A stretch of DNA of 64,000 bases from Desulfomonilia bacterium (lineage in GTDB: Bacteria > Desulfobacterota > Desulfomonilia > UBA1062), in NCBI GenBank assembly GCA_050014195.1, contig JBEKDT010000007.1, positions 128,001 through 192,000 of the forward strand, given 5' to 3'. Under the pieces are notes generated by a model. It saw nothing but the letters and a program-made list of their open reading frames with translations. It had not been told where the DNA came from and searched no databases. A program made the translations under genes and the position numbers. Position 1 is the first letter of the stretch. Every line of letters begins with the position of its first letter. Shown one piece after another: positions 20,370-31,257 of the stretch.

Positions 20370-20658
20370 CCCAGCAGGGGAACGGCTGTATATTCCCTGG
20401 CAAACAATGGAAACTGGGGTTATCTGGCAGAACATGTCTTTTCCCATCTTTTCCATGCATTTTCTTTCATTATTATACGACATCATCATTAAAATATGAT
20501 TAGAGATACATTAAATCTTTCTAATAATCCATGACTTTAGATAATTGAACGGGGATTGTGGTATTCTCGGATTTGTTATAACAGATGAAAACAAAGTAGT
20601 CTTTATAGTCGAGTAAGGCCACTTCCGTGAAAGCTGGCACAACAAGGAGAATAAATCC

Positions 20659-21357
20659 GTGAAACGCCAGTTTGTATCCATGATCCTATTGTTTGCAGTA
20701 TTTTACCCTTCCTTAAGCTCAACAGCTGTTGGTCCGACCGGAGAGACAACGCTTAATGAATCCATCCAGGCATTCTCAGCAATCATGACATCTCCTGACA
20801 CAAGTATCCCACCTACACTCCTCCAGACTGCATCCGGGATCATAATCATACCCCATATGGTCAAGGCCAGCTTCCTGATGGGTGTACGATACGGAAAGGG
20901 TGTGCTCATGGTAAAATATAAAGATGGTCATTGGAGCAACCCGGTCATCATCACCATAACCGGAGGGAGCTTCGGACTGCAGATGGGAATACAATCCACT
21001 GATCTCATCCTGGTCTTCACGAGAAGTCAGGCACTGGATATGAAATCTAAGGGGAATGTTCTCTTGGGGGCTGATGTATCCATCGTTGCTGGTCCTTTGA
21101 ATTTCAAGCTGGATGAAAATGACGAAGCCAGCCAAAAGGGAGAAGTCTATTCTTTCTCGAAGGCAGTGGGTCTTAACGCAGGTTTTGCCCTCCAAGGTGC
21201 ATGTATACGCATGGATGATGATGCCACCGCAACCGTTTATGGAAAGAGCAGACTGACTGCCTATGATGTCCTCTGGGGAAGAGCGGTGACGGTGCCATCC
21301 GAGGTGCTCAGATTCAAGGAAAATTTCAACAGACTCACCGACAAGACCTCGCATTGA
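20659..21357 (+). CDS. Secreted SYLF/Ysc84 lipid-binding domain protein
   Basis: IPPTLL..GIIIIP, GKGVL, WSNP, GGSFGLQMG; AAGGAG RBS. Confidence 0.85.
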   Translation: MKRQFVSMILLFAVFYPSLSSTAVGPTGETTLNESIQAFSAIMTSPDTSIPPTLLQTASGIIIIPHMVKASFLMGVRYGKGVLMVKYKDGHWSNPVIITITGGSFGLQMGIQSTDLILVFTRSQALDMKSKGNVLLGADVSIVAGPLNFKLDENDEASQKGEVYSFSKAVGLNAGFALQGACIRMDDDATATVYGKSRLTAYDVLWGRAVTVPSEVLRFKENFNRLTDKTSH

Positions 21358-22333
21358 CACATTGCGTGTAATACAATGGTGGTACCGATTGTGGTCCCAA
21401 CAATCGTATCAAGTTGTTCAGCAGGGTATGGTCAAATTCAGTTAAAGCCTCATCCTTGATGATCTTCAGGGCTTCGAATGGTTTCATGGCGGTCTTGTAG
21501 GGTCGTATGGATGTCAATGCATCATAAATATCTGCAATAGTGCAGATCCTGGCACAAGGGTGGATGTCCGTCATTCCATAAGGATATCCTGATCCGTCAG
21601 GGCGCTCATGGTGTTGCATCGAAATATAAGCAGCCTCTTTGGTAAGCTGACCTGTTTCCATAAGGATGTTATAACCCCATTCAGGGTGCTTCTTGATGAT
21701 GTCCCACTCTTCCTGATTCAGTTTTCCACGTTTCCTGATAATACTTAGTGGGACTTTGGATTTTCCTATATCGTGAAGAAAATATCCATAACTCAAGCGT
21801 TCAATTTCCTCCATCCCTATTGAACGGTCTCCCTTATAGAAACTAATTGCAAGAGAGGTGGCATAGATTCCAACATTGACGCTGTGAGTGTAGGTGTTGA
21901 AATCATACTCCGTTATTGAGATGAGATCGCTGAGCAGCACCTTATTCTTTATGATGTTCTTTAACATGGGCTTGAGTGTTTCCTTTATCTTCTCAACCCG
22001 CTCCGGATTTGGGTTATCAAATGCACTCCTGAGCGCATGGATGGATGAAACATAGAATGTTGCTGCTTTCACCTTAGATGGAAGAGTTGGATCAATGAGA
22101 ATCTCTTTCGTGCGGGAACTTATATATTCTTCAAAGACATTCATCTCCGCCTGACCCCTTATAAATAATTTGCTGAGGCCAAAGCGGCTGAGCTCGGCAA
22201 GGTGCTCTCTGGTCAACACGCATCCCTTCTCAAGAAAGAGCACGAGCTTGTTATCGTGCTTTATAAACAGATCGACGACATTCTTTTCGTTGATCTGAAT
22301 GACATCAATAGGGATAGGACGGAATACATTCAT
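21335..22333 (-). CDS. HD-GYP domain phosphodiesterase
   Basis: HSVNV, LHDIGK, HHERPDGSGYP, DIYDALT.RPYK. Confidence 0.92.
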   Translation of the reverse strand: MNVFRPIPIDVIQINEKNVVDLFIKHDNKLVLFLEKGCVLTREHLAELSRFGLSKLFIRGQAEMNVFEEYISSRTKEILIDPTLPSKVKAATFYVSSIHALRSAFDNPNPERVEKIKETLKPMLKNIIKNKVLLSDLISITEYDFNTYTHSVNVGIYATSLAISFYKGDRSIGMEEIERLSYGYFLHDIGKSKVPLSIIRKRGKLNQEEWDIIKKHPEWGYNILMETGQLTKEAAYISMQHHERPDGSGYPYGMTDIHPCARICTIADIYDALTSIRPYKTAMKPFEALKIIKDEALTEFDHTLLNNLIRLLGPQSVPPLYYTQCVNARSCR

Positions 22334-22516
22334 GCCAAATATTTCGGCATGTTAACTTCTATAGATAAATTGATATATTAGCAGCTTTGGGCATTACTAA
22401 GAACATATATTTCTGCAATAGATAATCGATTTTTCTAACTCTGAAATATGAACATCGTGAGATGAGATTTATGATGGTCAAGATGCTATGGTCAGAGTGG
22501 AAAGATCGACACCTGA

Positions 22517-22903
22517 TCAATATTGTATCGGTTTAATAGATCGAGCTTCTTGGATACCTTCTTTATTGATAATATAGTGCACTCTCACCTGCTGCCCAAC
22601 TGTTAGCTTATCAAACGGTATTGCTTTCCAATCTGGTCCATAAATTGTCGTAGTGGTCACTATAAAGAAGATGTAACTCTTTCCTACTTTATCAGTTAGA
22701 AATATCTTTGGCCTTATTCCTTTTGAAGGATTAGCGAGGTGGATGTCATCTAACTTCCCTATCACTTCTAATGGGGCGATTACTTTCTTAGATACAGGAG
22801 GAGGGGTTCCCCTTTTCTGCTGGGACATGTCTGTATTCTGTCCATTGCAGGAAAAGAGGAGAACCCCAAGGGTGCAGATCGAAATTATTGCAACCCTCTT
22901 CAC
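22517..22903 (-). CDS. Lipoprotein, OB-fold-like paralogue of 19935-20369
   Basis: Lipobox LFSC; RPKI..TTTIY..W..DKL..GQ.VR..Y.INKEG..A.SIKP shared. Confidence 0.75.
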   Translation of the reverse strand: MKRVAIISICTLGVLLFSCNGQNTDMSQQKRGTPPPVSKKVIAPLEVIGKLDDIHLANPSKGIRPKIFLTDKVGKSYIFFIVTTTTIYGPDWKAIPFDKLTVGQQVRVHYIINKEGIQEARSIKPIQY

Positions 22904-22938
22904 CCTCCATTCACTCCTTTATTGTTACCTTGCTTATC

Positions 22939-23319
22939 TTACTCTGCAGGCTTCGCTGGTGGCGTCTCTTCTGCTTTCTTTTCCTTCATAACTGCCTTCT
23001 TCATTGCCTTCTTTGCCTTAATAACCTCGATCTTGTCTGCGTTCAGGGTGCCGGCTGCCGCTGTAATCTTTACCATCTGACCCTTCTTCAGGTTAGCAAT
23101 ATCTTCCGCCTTCACGGTGAAGGTCTTGCCCTTTACATCGATCGTGTTAGCTGTTTTGTCGATCTTGGTAATCTTGCCCTTGATTACATCGGGCTTTGCC
23201 ATCTCTGTCTTTGCAGGCTCTGCCTTTGCTGCTGCGGGTGCTGCTGCGTCGGCTGCGAAGACCATCGTGGTGAAGCACACCAGTGCCAGTACTGCGATTA
23301 AGCTGATAACTTTCTTCAT
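22939..23319 (-). CDS. Secreted Ala/Lys-rich small OB-fold-like protein
   Basis: Signal peptide; KGKITKID..NLKKGQMVKI; GAGG RBS. Confidence 0.8.
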   Translation of the reverse strand: MKKVISLIAVLALVCFTTMVFAADAAAPAAAKAEPAKTEMAKPDVIKGKITKIDKTANTIDVKGKTFTVKAEDIANLKKGQMVKITAAAGTLNADKIEVIKAKKAMKKAVMKEKKAEETPPAKPAE

Positions 23320-23730
23320 GGTTCATTCCTCCTGTGGTTTTTTATTGATGGTACATTCTATACGCAAAGAATGATTAAATGATGATTAGAAGAAGATTAA
23401 AAGATTCTAATATTGCATGGAAGAACAGGGAAAGGCACTGTCCTTATCAAGTAATTATCCTTCTTTAAAAAGAACTCCTGAGATTATCCTAACCATTTTG
23501 TCTTATACTATAGATCTGCGATAGATTAGCGTTCTCAATCACTTACTATCAAGCGTAGATTTCTTCGATAGATAAACGAGTTACAAGATCTTCAAGACTG
23601 GAAATCTCTTGATGAAATATTCACATCAAGATTTTAGAGTAATCTTCAATCCTTGTTTTTTGGAAAATCGATATGAATCATTTCAATCTTTGCATCGTCT
23701 AAGTTGTAATCTCCTCAAAGAGGATTAATC

Positions 23731-24801
23731 ATGAAAAGAATCTTGCTGATACTGTTGCTTTTTGTTCTACCGATTTATTCCGGCTTTACTGCTGACACAA
23801 AATATGAGGTAGCTACCTTTGCAGGCGGCTGCTTCTGGTGCATGGACGCTGCTTTCGAAGATATCCCGGGCGTCATTGAAGTGATAACCGGATACACGGG
23901 TGGGCATACTAAGAACCCAACCTATGAAGAAGTTTCAGCCGGCGGAACAGGCCATGCCGAGGCAATCCAGGTTACATACGATCCAGCTAAGGTTACCTAT
24001 TCAAAGCTCCTTGATGTCTTCTGGAAGCAAGTCGACCCTACAGACCGCAGTGGTCAGATGGCTGACAGGGGATCACAATATAGAACGGTAATCTTCTATC
24101 ATACGGAGGAACAAAAGCGGCTTGCCGAGCAGTCAAAGCAAGTCCTTAAAGAATCAGGTAGGTTTAATAAACCTATTGTCACAGAAATTACAAAGGCAAC
24201 AGATTTCTACCCTGCAGAAGAGTACCACCAGCATTATTTCAAAAAGAATCCACTTGGCTATAACTCGGGACGCGATAACTATCTGAAGAAGGTATGGGCA
24301 GACAACAACAGTGTTTCACTCCCACGATATACAGATAAGGACTACAGAAAACCATCAAAAGTTGAACTGAAAAAGAAGCTCACACCCCTGCAATTCAGGG
24401 TGACCCAGAACAAGAGCACGGAACAACCATTCGATAACGAGTACTGGAATAATGAGCATGAGGGGATCTATGTTGATATTGTGTCCGGTGAGCCTCTATT
24501 CAGCTCTAAGGACAAATACGACTCTGGTACTGGATGGCCTAGCTTCACAAAACCGCTTGAACCTGGAAACATTGTAGAGAGGCAGGATGGAAGCTTGTAC
24601 ATGCTGAGGATCGATGTGAAGGAGGTTAGGAGTAAACTTGCTGACTCACACCTTGGCCATGTCTTTACGGATGGTCCTGCACCAACAGGACTGCGTTACT
24701 GCATGAATTCGGCTGCTCTGCTGTTTATTCCAAAAGAAGACCTGACAAAAGAAGGTTATGGGCGGTATCTTAATCTTTTCAAAAAAGATAATGAGTTCTA
24801 A
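23731..24801 (+). CDS. msrAB: Secreted fused methionine sulfoxide reductase MsrA/MsrB, copy 1
   Basis: Signal peptide; GGCFWC, AEEYHQ, GWPSF, HLGHVF.DGP, RYCMNS. Confidence 0.95.
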   Translation: MKRILLILLLFVLPIYSGFTADTKYEVATFAGGCFWCMDAAFEDIPGVIEVITGYTGGHTKNPTYEEVSAGGTGHAEAIQVTYDPAKVTYSKLLDVFWKQVDPTDRSGQMADRGSQYRTVIFYHTEEQKRLAEQSKQVLKESGRFNKPIVTEITKATDFYPAEEYHQHYFKKNPLGYNSGRDNYLKKVWADNNSVSLPRYTDKDYRKPSKVELKKKLTPLQFRVTQNKSTEQPFDNEYWNNEHEGIYVDIVSGEPLFSSKDKYDSGTGWPSFTKPLEPGNIVERQDGSLYMLRIDVKEVRSKLADSHLGHVFTDGPAPTGLRYCMNSAALLFIPKEDLTKEGYGRYLNLFKKDNEF

Positions 24802-24960
24802 AGAACTCAACTCCTCATCCTATTCAAGTTAGAGTCGTTTCCTTGATGGTATCGTTGAAGCCTGCAATATTTATAGACATCTCTAATCTCTCTGGTTTTT
24901 TCAAATAAGAACATTATTTCTTAGGGGGAGATCAAAACCGAAACGAAAGGAGCATGATCC

Positions 24961-25269
24961 ATGAATAATGGCTTTCTTATGAGGAAGTTTGCCATTGCAG
25001 GGTGCCTGCTTTTACTCTTGTGCGGGGTGCATTGGACTGCGCAGGCTTCTGATGAAGAGAAAAAAGTGGTATTTGTCGTGGCTTGATATGACGTAGGCAA
25101 AGAGGCCTTGGAGAGGCTTCCAGGTGTAAAAAGGGTCGAAAAAGGATTCCATTTTTTTCAAGAAATAAACACTGTTTTTTATGACCCGTCAAAGATAACC
25201 GTCGACGAAATGGAAAGGGCGTTGAAGAAGGCAGGAACATATAAGAAGACATTGGGAGCGAAACCGTGA
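24961..25269 (+). CDS. Putative secreted selenoprotein with HMA/mini-MsrA-like domain (Sec codon 25084-25086)
   Basis: AGGAG RBS; signal peptide; ...VVFVVA-TGA-YDVGKEALERLPGVKRV..FYDPSKITVDEMERALKKAG; SECIS-like hairpin 25102-25120. Not in the ORF track. Confidence 0.75.
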
Positions 25270-25437
25270 GCATCCTTCCTGTCAAACCGGGAATGAGGTG
25301 AAGGAATGTCCGGGTCGTATCATCTCAGTTTGATGCTCTCTGAAAACTAAAGATAGTTAAGGTATGGGTTTCTTTTTACTCAAGACAAACACTACATAAA
25401 TAACTATAAGTTTCCAATTATTCAGGAGGAATAAAAG

Positions 25438-26511
25438 ATGATCAGAAATATCATGAAAGGATTTATAGCCATATTGCTTGTATTGCCACTATCTACCGGG
25501 AACGCAGCTAATACAAAATATGAACTGGCTACCTTTGCCGGGGGATGCTTCTGGTGCATGGTGCATCCCTTTGATAAGCTCCCTGGGGTGAAGGAGGTTC
25601 TCTCAGGATACACCGGGGGACATACCGTCAACCCCACCTATGAGGAGAACTCATCCGGGACAACAGGCCATGCCGAGTCCATCCAGATAACCTATGACCC
25701 AGCGAAGATATCATATGCGGACCTGCTAGAGGTATTCTGGCGGCAGATTGACCCGACCGATGCAGGGGGGCAGTTTGTGGACAGGGGAAACCAGTATAGG
25801 AGCGCCATCTTCTATCACAACGATGAGCAGAAGAGACTCGCAGAGGAGTCCAGGGACCGTCTCGCAAAGTCAGGCAGATTTACAAAACCCATCGTCACCG
25901 AGATTGTGAAGGCTGGCCCGTTCTATAAGGCAGAAGAATACCACCAATATTACTACAAGAAAAACCCGGTCCGGTATAAATATTATAGGTACAGATCAGG
26001 CCGAGACCAATTCCTTGACAAGGTCTGGGGGAAAGACAGGGAAGATACACCAGCAAAGGTTAAAACAGGTTCATACACCAAGCCGAGTGCAGAGGTCCTG
26101 AAAAAGAAGCTCACACCAATGCAGTTCAAGGTAACCCAGAAGGGTGGAACAGAACCGGCTTTTGATAATGCATATTGGAACAACAAGCATGAAGGGATTT
26201 ACGTGGATATCGTCTCCGGAGAACCACTATTCAGCTCCAAGGATAAGTATGACTCCGGCACCGGCTGGCCAAGCTTTACCCGGCCTCTGGAGCCGGGCAA
26301 TATCGTGGAGAAGCAGGATAATACCCTGTTCACTACAAGGACAGAGGTCAGGAGCAGGCATGCAGATTCTCATGTTGGGCATGTATTCAATGACGGCCCA
26401 CCCCCTACGGGACTGCGCTATTGCATGAACTCGGCTGCCTTGCGCTTTATCCCCAAGGAAGACCTGCAAAAGGAAGGATACGGACAGTATCTTAAACTAT
26501 TTGATAAATAA
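25438..26511 (+). CDS. msrAB: Secreted fused MsrA/MsrB, copy 2
   Basis: [17 protein letters not shown]; signal peptide; AGGAGG RBS. Confidence 0.95.
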   Translation: MIRNIMKGFIAILLVLPLSTGNAANTKYELATFAGGCFWCMVHPFDKLPGVKEVLSGYTGGHTVNPTYEENSSGTTGHAESIQITYDPAKISYADLLEVFWRQIDPTDAGGQFVDRGNQYRSAIFYHNDEQKRLAEESRDRLAKSGRFTKPIVTEIVKAGPFYKAEEYHQYYYKKNPVRYKYYRYRSGRDQFLDKVWGKDREDTPAKVKTGSYTKPSAEVLKKKLTPMQFKVTQKGGTEPAFDNAYWNNKHEGIYVDIVSGEPLFSSKDKYDSGTGWPSFTRPLEPGNIVEKQDNTLFTTRTEVRSRHADSHVGHVFNDGPPPTGLRYCMNSAALRFIPKEDLQKEGYGQYLKLFDK

Positions 26512-26577
26512 AATGAATCTTCCTGATAAGATGGATGATTCCTTTTATCATAGGTTGATTCCCTGAGACTCAAATGC

Positions 26578-27279
26578 TCAAGTTAAAGGTCCCGACTGCC
26601 CCTTTATTTGAAGGGATGCCTTGATCTTCTTGTAGACTGTCGGGATCAATGCAAAAAGCCCAAGGAGTGCAAAGGAGATGAGCACACGGGGACTCGCAAC
26701 ATCACGCATGGTATTGATGGATGCAATGCTCGAACCTGCATTCGCATAGACGAAGCTTCCGGGAAGAATCCCCACCATGGTACCTATGATGTAGGTCCTC
26801 AGCTGCAGGCCCGTGATCCCACAGGCAAGGTTGACGAGGAAAAATGGAAAGAGTGGGACTAGTCGCAAAAAGAGGAGGTACGACATCCCGCTTTCGCTGA
26901 GTCCCCTATCCAGGGCCTCCATTTGTTTGCCGAACTTTTTCACCACCCAGTCCCGCAGCAGGTTACGGGCCAGGAGAAAGGCCAGGACAGCCCCCATCGT
27001 GGCCCCGATATTCACCCATATCGTTCCCATTAGCGCCCCAAATACGGCTCCGCCAGCCAGGGTAAGGATGGCCGCCCCAGGCAGGGAAAGGGCGGTCTGC
27101 ACAGTATAGATGACGATGTAGCTCACGATGAAGATGAGCATGTGGTTTGAATAGTAATTCAGGAGATAGTCTCTGTTTGTCTTGAGGCTTTCAAGTGTGA
27201 GGTATCTTCCGAGATCCAAATAGTAAAATATGCCGATCGCGAGGGCAATGATAATGAGTAATGCTATCTTCTTTTTCAT
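26578..27279 (-). CDS. TVP38/TMEM64 (DedA/SNARE-associated) membrane protein
   Basis: LSLPGA..LTLAGGAVFG, FLRLVPLFPF..N motifs. Confidence 0.92.
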   Translation of the reverse strand: MKKKIALLIIIALAIGIFYYLDLGRYLTLESLKTNRDYLLNYYSNHMLIFIVSYIVIYTVQTALSLPGAAILTLAGGAVFGALMGTIWVNIGATMGAVLAFLLARNLLRDWVVKKFGKQMEALDRGLSESGMSYLLFLRLVPLFPFFLVNLACGITGLQLRTYIIGTMVGILPGSFVYANAGSSIASINTMRDVASPRVLISFALLGLFALIPTVYKKIKASLQIKGQSGPLT

Positions 27280-27431
27280 TGGTTCTCCGCTATCGCTTCT
27301 TCTCCATTGAGAGATACAGAATAATCATGATCATCATCCGGGAGCTTGAAAATATCTCCATTTACCATCTGCAGATTTAATAAAGGGAATTGATCACCAG
27401 TATCCAATGCATTTGAACTCACCCTGGCCAT
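27276..27431 (-). pseudogene. Truncated N-terminus of a peroxiredoxin/redoxin-like gene
   Basis: GGAGG RBS; MARVSSNALDTGDQFPLLNLQMVNGDIFKLPDD.. ends before any active site; stop overlaps the TVP38 ATG. Confidence 0.55.
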
Positions 27432-27617
27432 GTTTTTCCTCCAAGATTGGATTATCTTCTGTATAATGATAAGCTTCTAATGTCAGGAATCAAAAAGGTT
27501 GATATTTTTATCATGCCCTGAGTCCTTGTTTAATTCTTATATCTCCCTATCATAATCTACCAATTTGCTGAGAAAAAATCCTAAGCAAAAAACAAACTTC
27601 ATGAACACGGTATCATC

Positions 27618-29126
27618 TTGAGTGAGGGAGGACAGAAGATGCCAACCTTTGATTATGATCTCGGAATCATCGGCGGAGGAGCTGCAGGGCTGACAGCCGC
27701 GGCAGGCAGCGCACAGTTCGGTGCAAAGACCATCCTTATAGAGAAAACAGACAAGCTAGGGGGAGATTGCCTCCATGTGGGCTGCGTTCCGTCAAAGACA
27801 CTCATCCGCACTGCACGGGTATGGGCACAGGCAAAAAGATCCAAAGAATTCGGTCTGCCGGAACTGTTGCTTCCCCCTGTCGATCTCGGTGCAGTCATGG
27901 ACCGAGTACATGCGGTCATAGAGAAGATCCAGCACCACGATTCTGCTGAACGGTTCTGCTCTCTCGGGGCGCGCGTCCGCTTCGGGAGCCCTGCCTTTGT
28001 GGATAACCATGTAGTAAACCTTGACGGTGAACGCATCTCGGCAAAGAGCTGGATCATCGCCACCGGGTCGAGCCCTGCCCTGCCTCCGGTAGAGGGATTG
28101 AGTAGTGTGGCGTTCTGGACCAACGAGACCGTATTCTCTCAGAGGAAGCTCCCCAGGTGCCTCATCGTGCTGGGTGGCGGACCTATCGGCCTGGAGCTGG
28201 CCCAGTCATTTGCACGTCTGGGAGCAAAAGTTATCGTTGTAGAATTCATGGGCCAGATCCTGGGCCCTGAAGACGCTGACCTCGCTGACATCCTGAAAGA
28301 GCGACTTGTTGCCGAGGGTGTGGAAATCCATACCGATACCAAGGCTATCAGAGCAGAATCAAGTGGCGAAATGATTGCACTGACTATTGGGCCTTCAAAG
28401 GGGGAGGGACCAACCCAAGTCATCGAAGGGGATGCCATTCTTGTTGCAGCTGGACGCAAGCCGAATATTGAAGGTCTTAATCTCGATGCCGCCGGAGTAA
28501 AATATACTCCGAGGGGCATCCCTACAAACGACCGGATGAAGACCAATATCTCCCATATCTATGCCTGCGGTGACATCAACGGAGTCATGCCGTTCACCCA
28601 CGTTGCTGGCTATGAAGGCGGGATCGCGCTCACCAACGCCGTGCTCCGCCTGCCTAGGAAGGCGGACTATTCAAAGATCGGGTGGTGCACCTACACAGAC
28701 CCTGAGGTCGCGAGCATCGGGCTCAATGAAAAACGCGCCCAGAAAGAAGGCACCGGGTACCGCGTCATCGAAGAGCACTTTGTAGATAACGACCGGGCAC
28801 TTGCAGAGGGAGAGACGTTGGGCAAGATTAAGATGCTCGTGAGCCCGAAAGGCTCTCTGCTTGGCTGTCAAATCATCGGGGCGCATGCGGGAGAGCTCAT
28901 CCATGAGTGGATAGTGTCCATGGCTGCTGGTATTAAACTTTCAACCATGGCGGGCACAGTGCATATCTACCCTACCATGTCTGAAATCTCCAAGCGCGTA
29001 GCAGGCGACCTATTCGCATCGAAGATCTTTTCGGAAAAGACCAAGACTGTGCTCCGCCTGCTTTTCAACCTCAAAGGCAGGGCGTGCAGCCTGACTGAAG
29101 CAGTTGCTGATAACCTTCACTCGTGA
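27618..29126 (+). CDS. FAD-dependent pyridine nucleotide-disulfide oxidoreductase (MerA/LpdA-like)
   Basis: GGGAAG, GGDCLHVGCVPSK, GGGPIGLE, HIYPT; no C-terminal CC pair; probable start ATG 27639. Confidence 0.9.
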   Translation: MSEGGQKMPTFDYDLGIIGGGAAGLTAAAGSAQFGAKTILIEKTDKLGGDCLHVGCVPSKTLIRTARVWAQAKRSKEFGLPELLLPPVDLGAVMDRVHAVIEKIQHHDSAERFCSLGARVRFGSPAFVDNHVVNLDGERISAKSWIIATGSSPALPPVEGLSSVAFWTNETVFSQRKLPRCLIVLGGGPIGLELAQSFARLGAKVIVVEFMGQILGPEDADLADILKERLVAEGVEIHTDTKAIRAESSGEMIALTIGPSKGEGPTQVIEGDAILVAAGRKPNIEGLNLDAAGVKYTPRGIPTNDRMKTNISHIYACGDINGVMPFTHVAGYEGGIALTNAVLRLPRKADYSKIGWCTYTDPEVASIGLNEKRAQKEGTGYRVIEEHFVDNDRALAEGETLGKIKMLVSPKGSLLGCQIIGAHAGELIHEWIVSMAAGIKLSTMAGTVHIYPTMSEISKRVAGDLFASKIFSEKTKTVLRLLFNLKGRACSLTEAVADNLHS

Positions 29127-29227
29127 TTAATATTAATACGCCATGGAATAGTGTCCTTGACACTTGTTTTTTTGATGATCTTAAAGCGGGGAATATAGTA
29201 CATGATATAAGAAGAAGGAAATGTAGC

Positions 29228-30220
29228 ATGACGTCTTCTGAGCAGATCAGGCTGCTCAATGACAATCCATTGAACATATCGTTTCATAAGAGGATCATCT
29301 CGCCTCTCTGCGCTGATGCCATCGACATACTCCAGATAAATGTGGGTAAAAGATGCAACCTCTCGTGCAGGCACTGCCATGTTGAGGCCGGGCCACACAG
29401 GTCAGAGGTAATGGGCATGCAGGTTTTCGAGAAGTGTCTTCAAGTGCTCCAAGATCACCCGATCGGTACCATAGATATTACCGGTGGTGCTCCGGAAATG
29501 AACCCTGAGCTTCCATGGTTTATTCAGGAAGCTGCCGGATTGAAGCGCAGGCTGATGGTTCGCTCGAACCTCGTTATCCTCCTTGAGAAGCCCTATGAGC
29601 ATCTCATAGACCTTTATGCAGATAATAAGGTCGAGATTATCGCCTCCTTGCCTGATTACCACGAAGAACGGGGCAACAGACAGAGGGGGGAAGGAGTTTT
29701 CAAGCGAATCCTGGAAGTGATGCGACTGCTCAATGAGCGGGGATACGGCAAGCCTGGGAGTAGCCTGATCCTGGATCTTGTCTATAATCCTGTGGGCACC
29801 TACCTGCCCGGGGCGCAGCAGGCCCTGGAGTATGAATATAAAACCAGGATGGAAAGCGAGCACGGAGTCGTCTTCAATACCCTCTATTGCCTGGTCAACT
29901 CACCAGTGGGCAGGTATCTCGACTATCTAATCCGATCGGAGAACTTTGAAGATTACATGCATGCCCTCAATACATCCTTTAACCCATCTACTATTCATTG
30001 TCTGATGTGCCGGAATACCCTGTCCGTAGGATGGGATGGGCACTTGTATGACTGTGACTTCAATCAGATGCTGGGTCTGACGGTTGAATGTACTCCCTCA
30101 AACAATATCAACAATTTTGATTTTGAAAGATTGAGAAACCGGAAGATCGTCATCGGCAATCACTGCTTTTCCTGTACTGCAGGTGCAGGTTCATCATGCC
30201 AGGGAGCTCTTGAAAAATAG
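29228..30220 (+). CDS. arsS: ArsS-like radical SAM protein (DUF3641 C-terminus)
   Basis: CNLSCRHC, DITGGAPE, LMCR, YDCDFNQM, HCFSCTAGAGSSCQG; start moved to 29228. Confidence 0.85.
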   Translation: MTSSEQIRLLNDNPLNISFHKRIISPLCADAIDILQINVGKRCNLSCRHCHVEAGPHRSEVMGMQVFEKCLQVLQDHPIGTIDITGGAPEMNPELPWFIQEAAGLKRRLMVRSNLVILLEKPYEHLIDLYADNKVEIIASLPDYHEERGNRQRGEGVFKRILEVMRLLNERGYGKPGSSLILDLVYNPVGTYLPGAQQALEYEYKTRMESEHGVVFNTLYCLVNSPVGRYLDYLIRSENFEDYMHALNTSFNPSTIHCLMCRNTLSVGWDGHLYDCDFNQMLGLTVECTPSNNINNFDFERLRNRKIVIGNHCFSCTAGAGSSCQGALEK

Positions 30221-30309
30221 TTCACAACTGGAGATACCTTTACTTAGCATAGGTTGATCAAGCGGTAATAAACTTATATCCTCAATATTATGAAAAAGAG
30301 GTGGTAAAA

Positions 30310-30771
30310 ATGGGAGAGATCGTTCACACTTCACGCATCAAAATTTTCCGTGAAAAAGGCCCCACCCGAAGAGCACTCATTGAGGGGTTTAATGAGCCTG
30401 TATATTACGGTGTACATGGTGGGATAAAGAAGTTTTATAAAGTCGAACCTGAAAAGGAGCACGCTGCGACTCTTGATCATATCGTAGCAGCAGTTGCTGC
30501 CTGAATGATGGGAACACTGGCCACGGTGCTGGCCGGAAAAAAGATCCCCACCCCTGAAGATAAATACTGGGCAGAAGTTGAAGGTGATATCGAGGATGTC
30601 AATGGTATACTCAAGATCACCCGGATACGGGTGAATTACCATCTCAGATTGCTTCAGGAGAAAATCGGAGAGGCAAAAGAGGCCTTTTCTCTCTATCTCC
30701 CCTTTTGTCCCGCAGCCCAAAGCGTCATAGGCTGTATCGATATCAGGGATGATTTGATCATAGAGCAATAG
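30310..30771 (+). CDS. OsmC-family selenoprotein (Sec codon 30502-30504)
   Basis: Two abutting in-frame ORFs; AAVAA-TGA-MMGT at the first OsmC Cys position, second Cys in CPAAQS; SECIS-like hairpin 30517-30536. Confidence 0.85.
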
Positions 30772-31054
30772 ACTGTATCATTGATTCGGGACAAGTTAAA
30801 TCATTGAGCTAAGAGTCCGGATGTCAGATCTTGTTCTCCAGATTGTCATTTTTTATGATCCACACAGAACACATAGATTCCGTGATAATCAAAGCCTGAG
30901 TTGAAGTTCTCGATACATAGATAATATGCCAAGGCCAATGGTTATTCCAGAGCATTTCTTTCCAAACGGAACGGTTTGCCCATAGTGAATATTTGTAACA
31001 AATAATCACCAATTGTTCATTAGCCGTGTGGAAGAGTGATATTTATTATTTCTA

Positions 31055-31168
31055 TCAAGGATTTCTTTGGAGCTGCTTATCAAGCTTGTTTTTTGACTTT
31101 TGCTTCTGTTTTTCGATGTTCTGTTTTCGACCCTTTTCCTTATCTTTCTTGCCGCCCTTGTCTCCCAT
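31055..31168 (-). CDS. 37-aa Lys-rich small protein MGDKGGKKDKEKGRKQ...
   Basis: GAAGGAG RBS, ATG 31168, TGA 31055; below the ORF-track cutoff. Confidence 0.7.
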   Translation of the reverse strand: MGDKGGKKDKEKGRKQNIEKQKQKSKNKLDKQLQRNP

Positions 31169-31257
31169 TACGTTTCTCCTTCATTATTAATTGTAATCTT
31201 GCATACTTTTCAAAACCGTGAATTCCACTTTCAGGAAGTACATCAAACGGATGAACC

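Noticed and set aside
27499-27514. Second FNR box upstream of the flavin reductase
   Set aside because: TTGAT-N6-ATCAT has the wrong spacing for FNR; at most a weak TGATA-N4-TATCA palindrome.
27618-29126. Mercuric reductase merA
   Set aside because: No NmerA domain, no C-terminal Cys-Cys pair and no mer operon genes.
29228-30220. Sec in the ArsS-like protein
   Set aside because: The frame is uninterrupted, all motif positions are Cys, and it ends in TAG.
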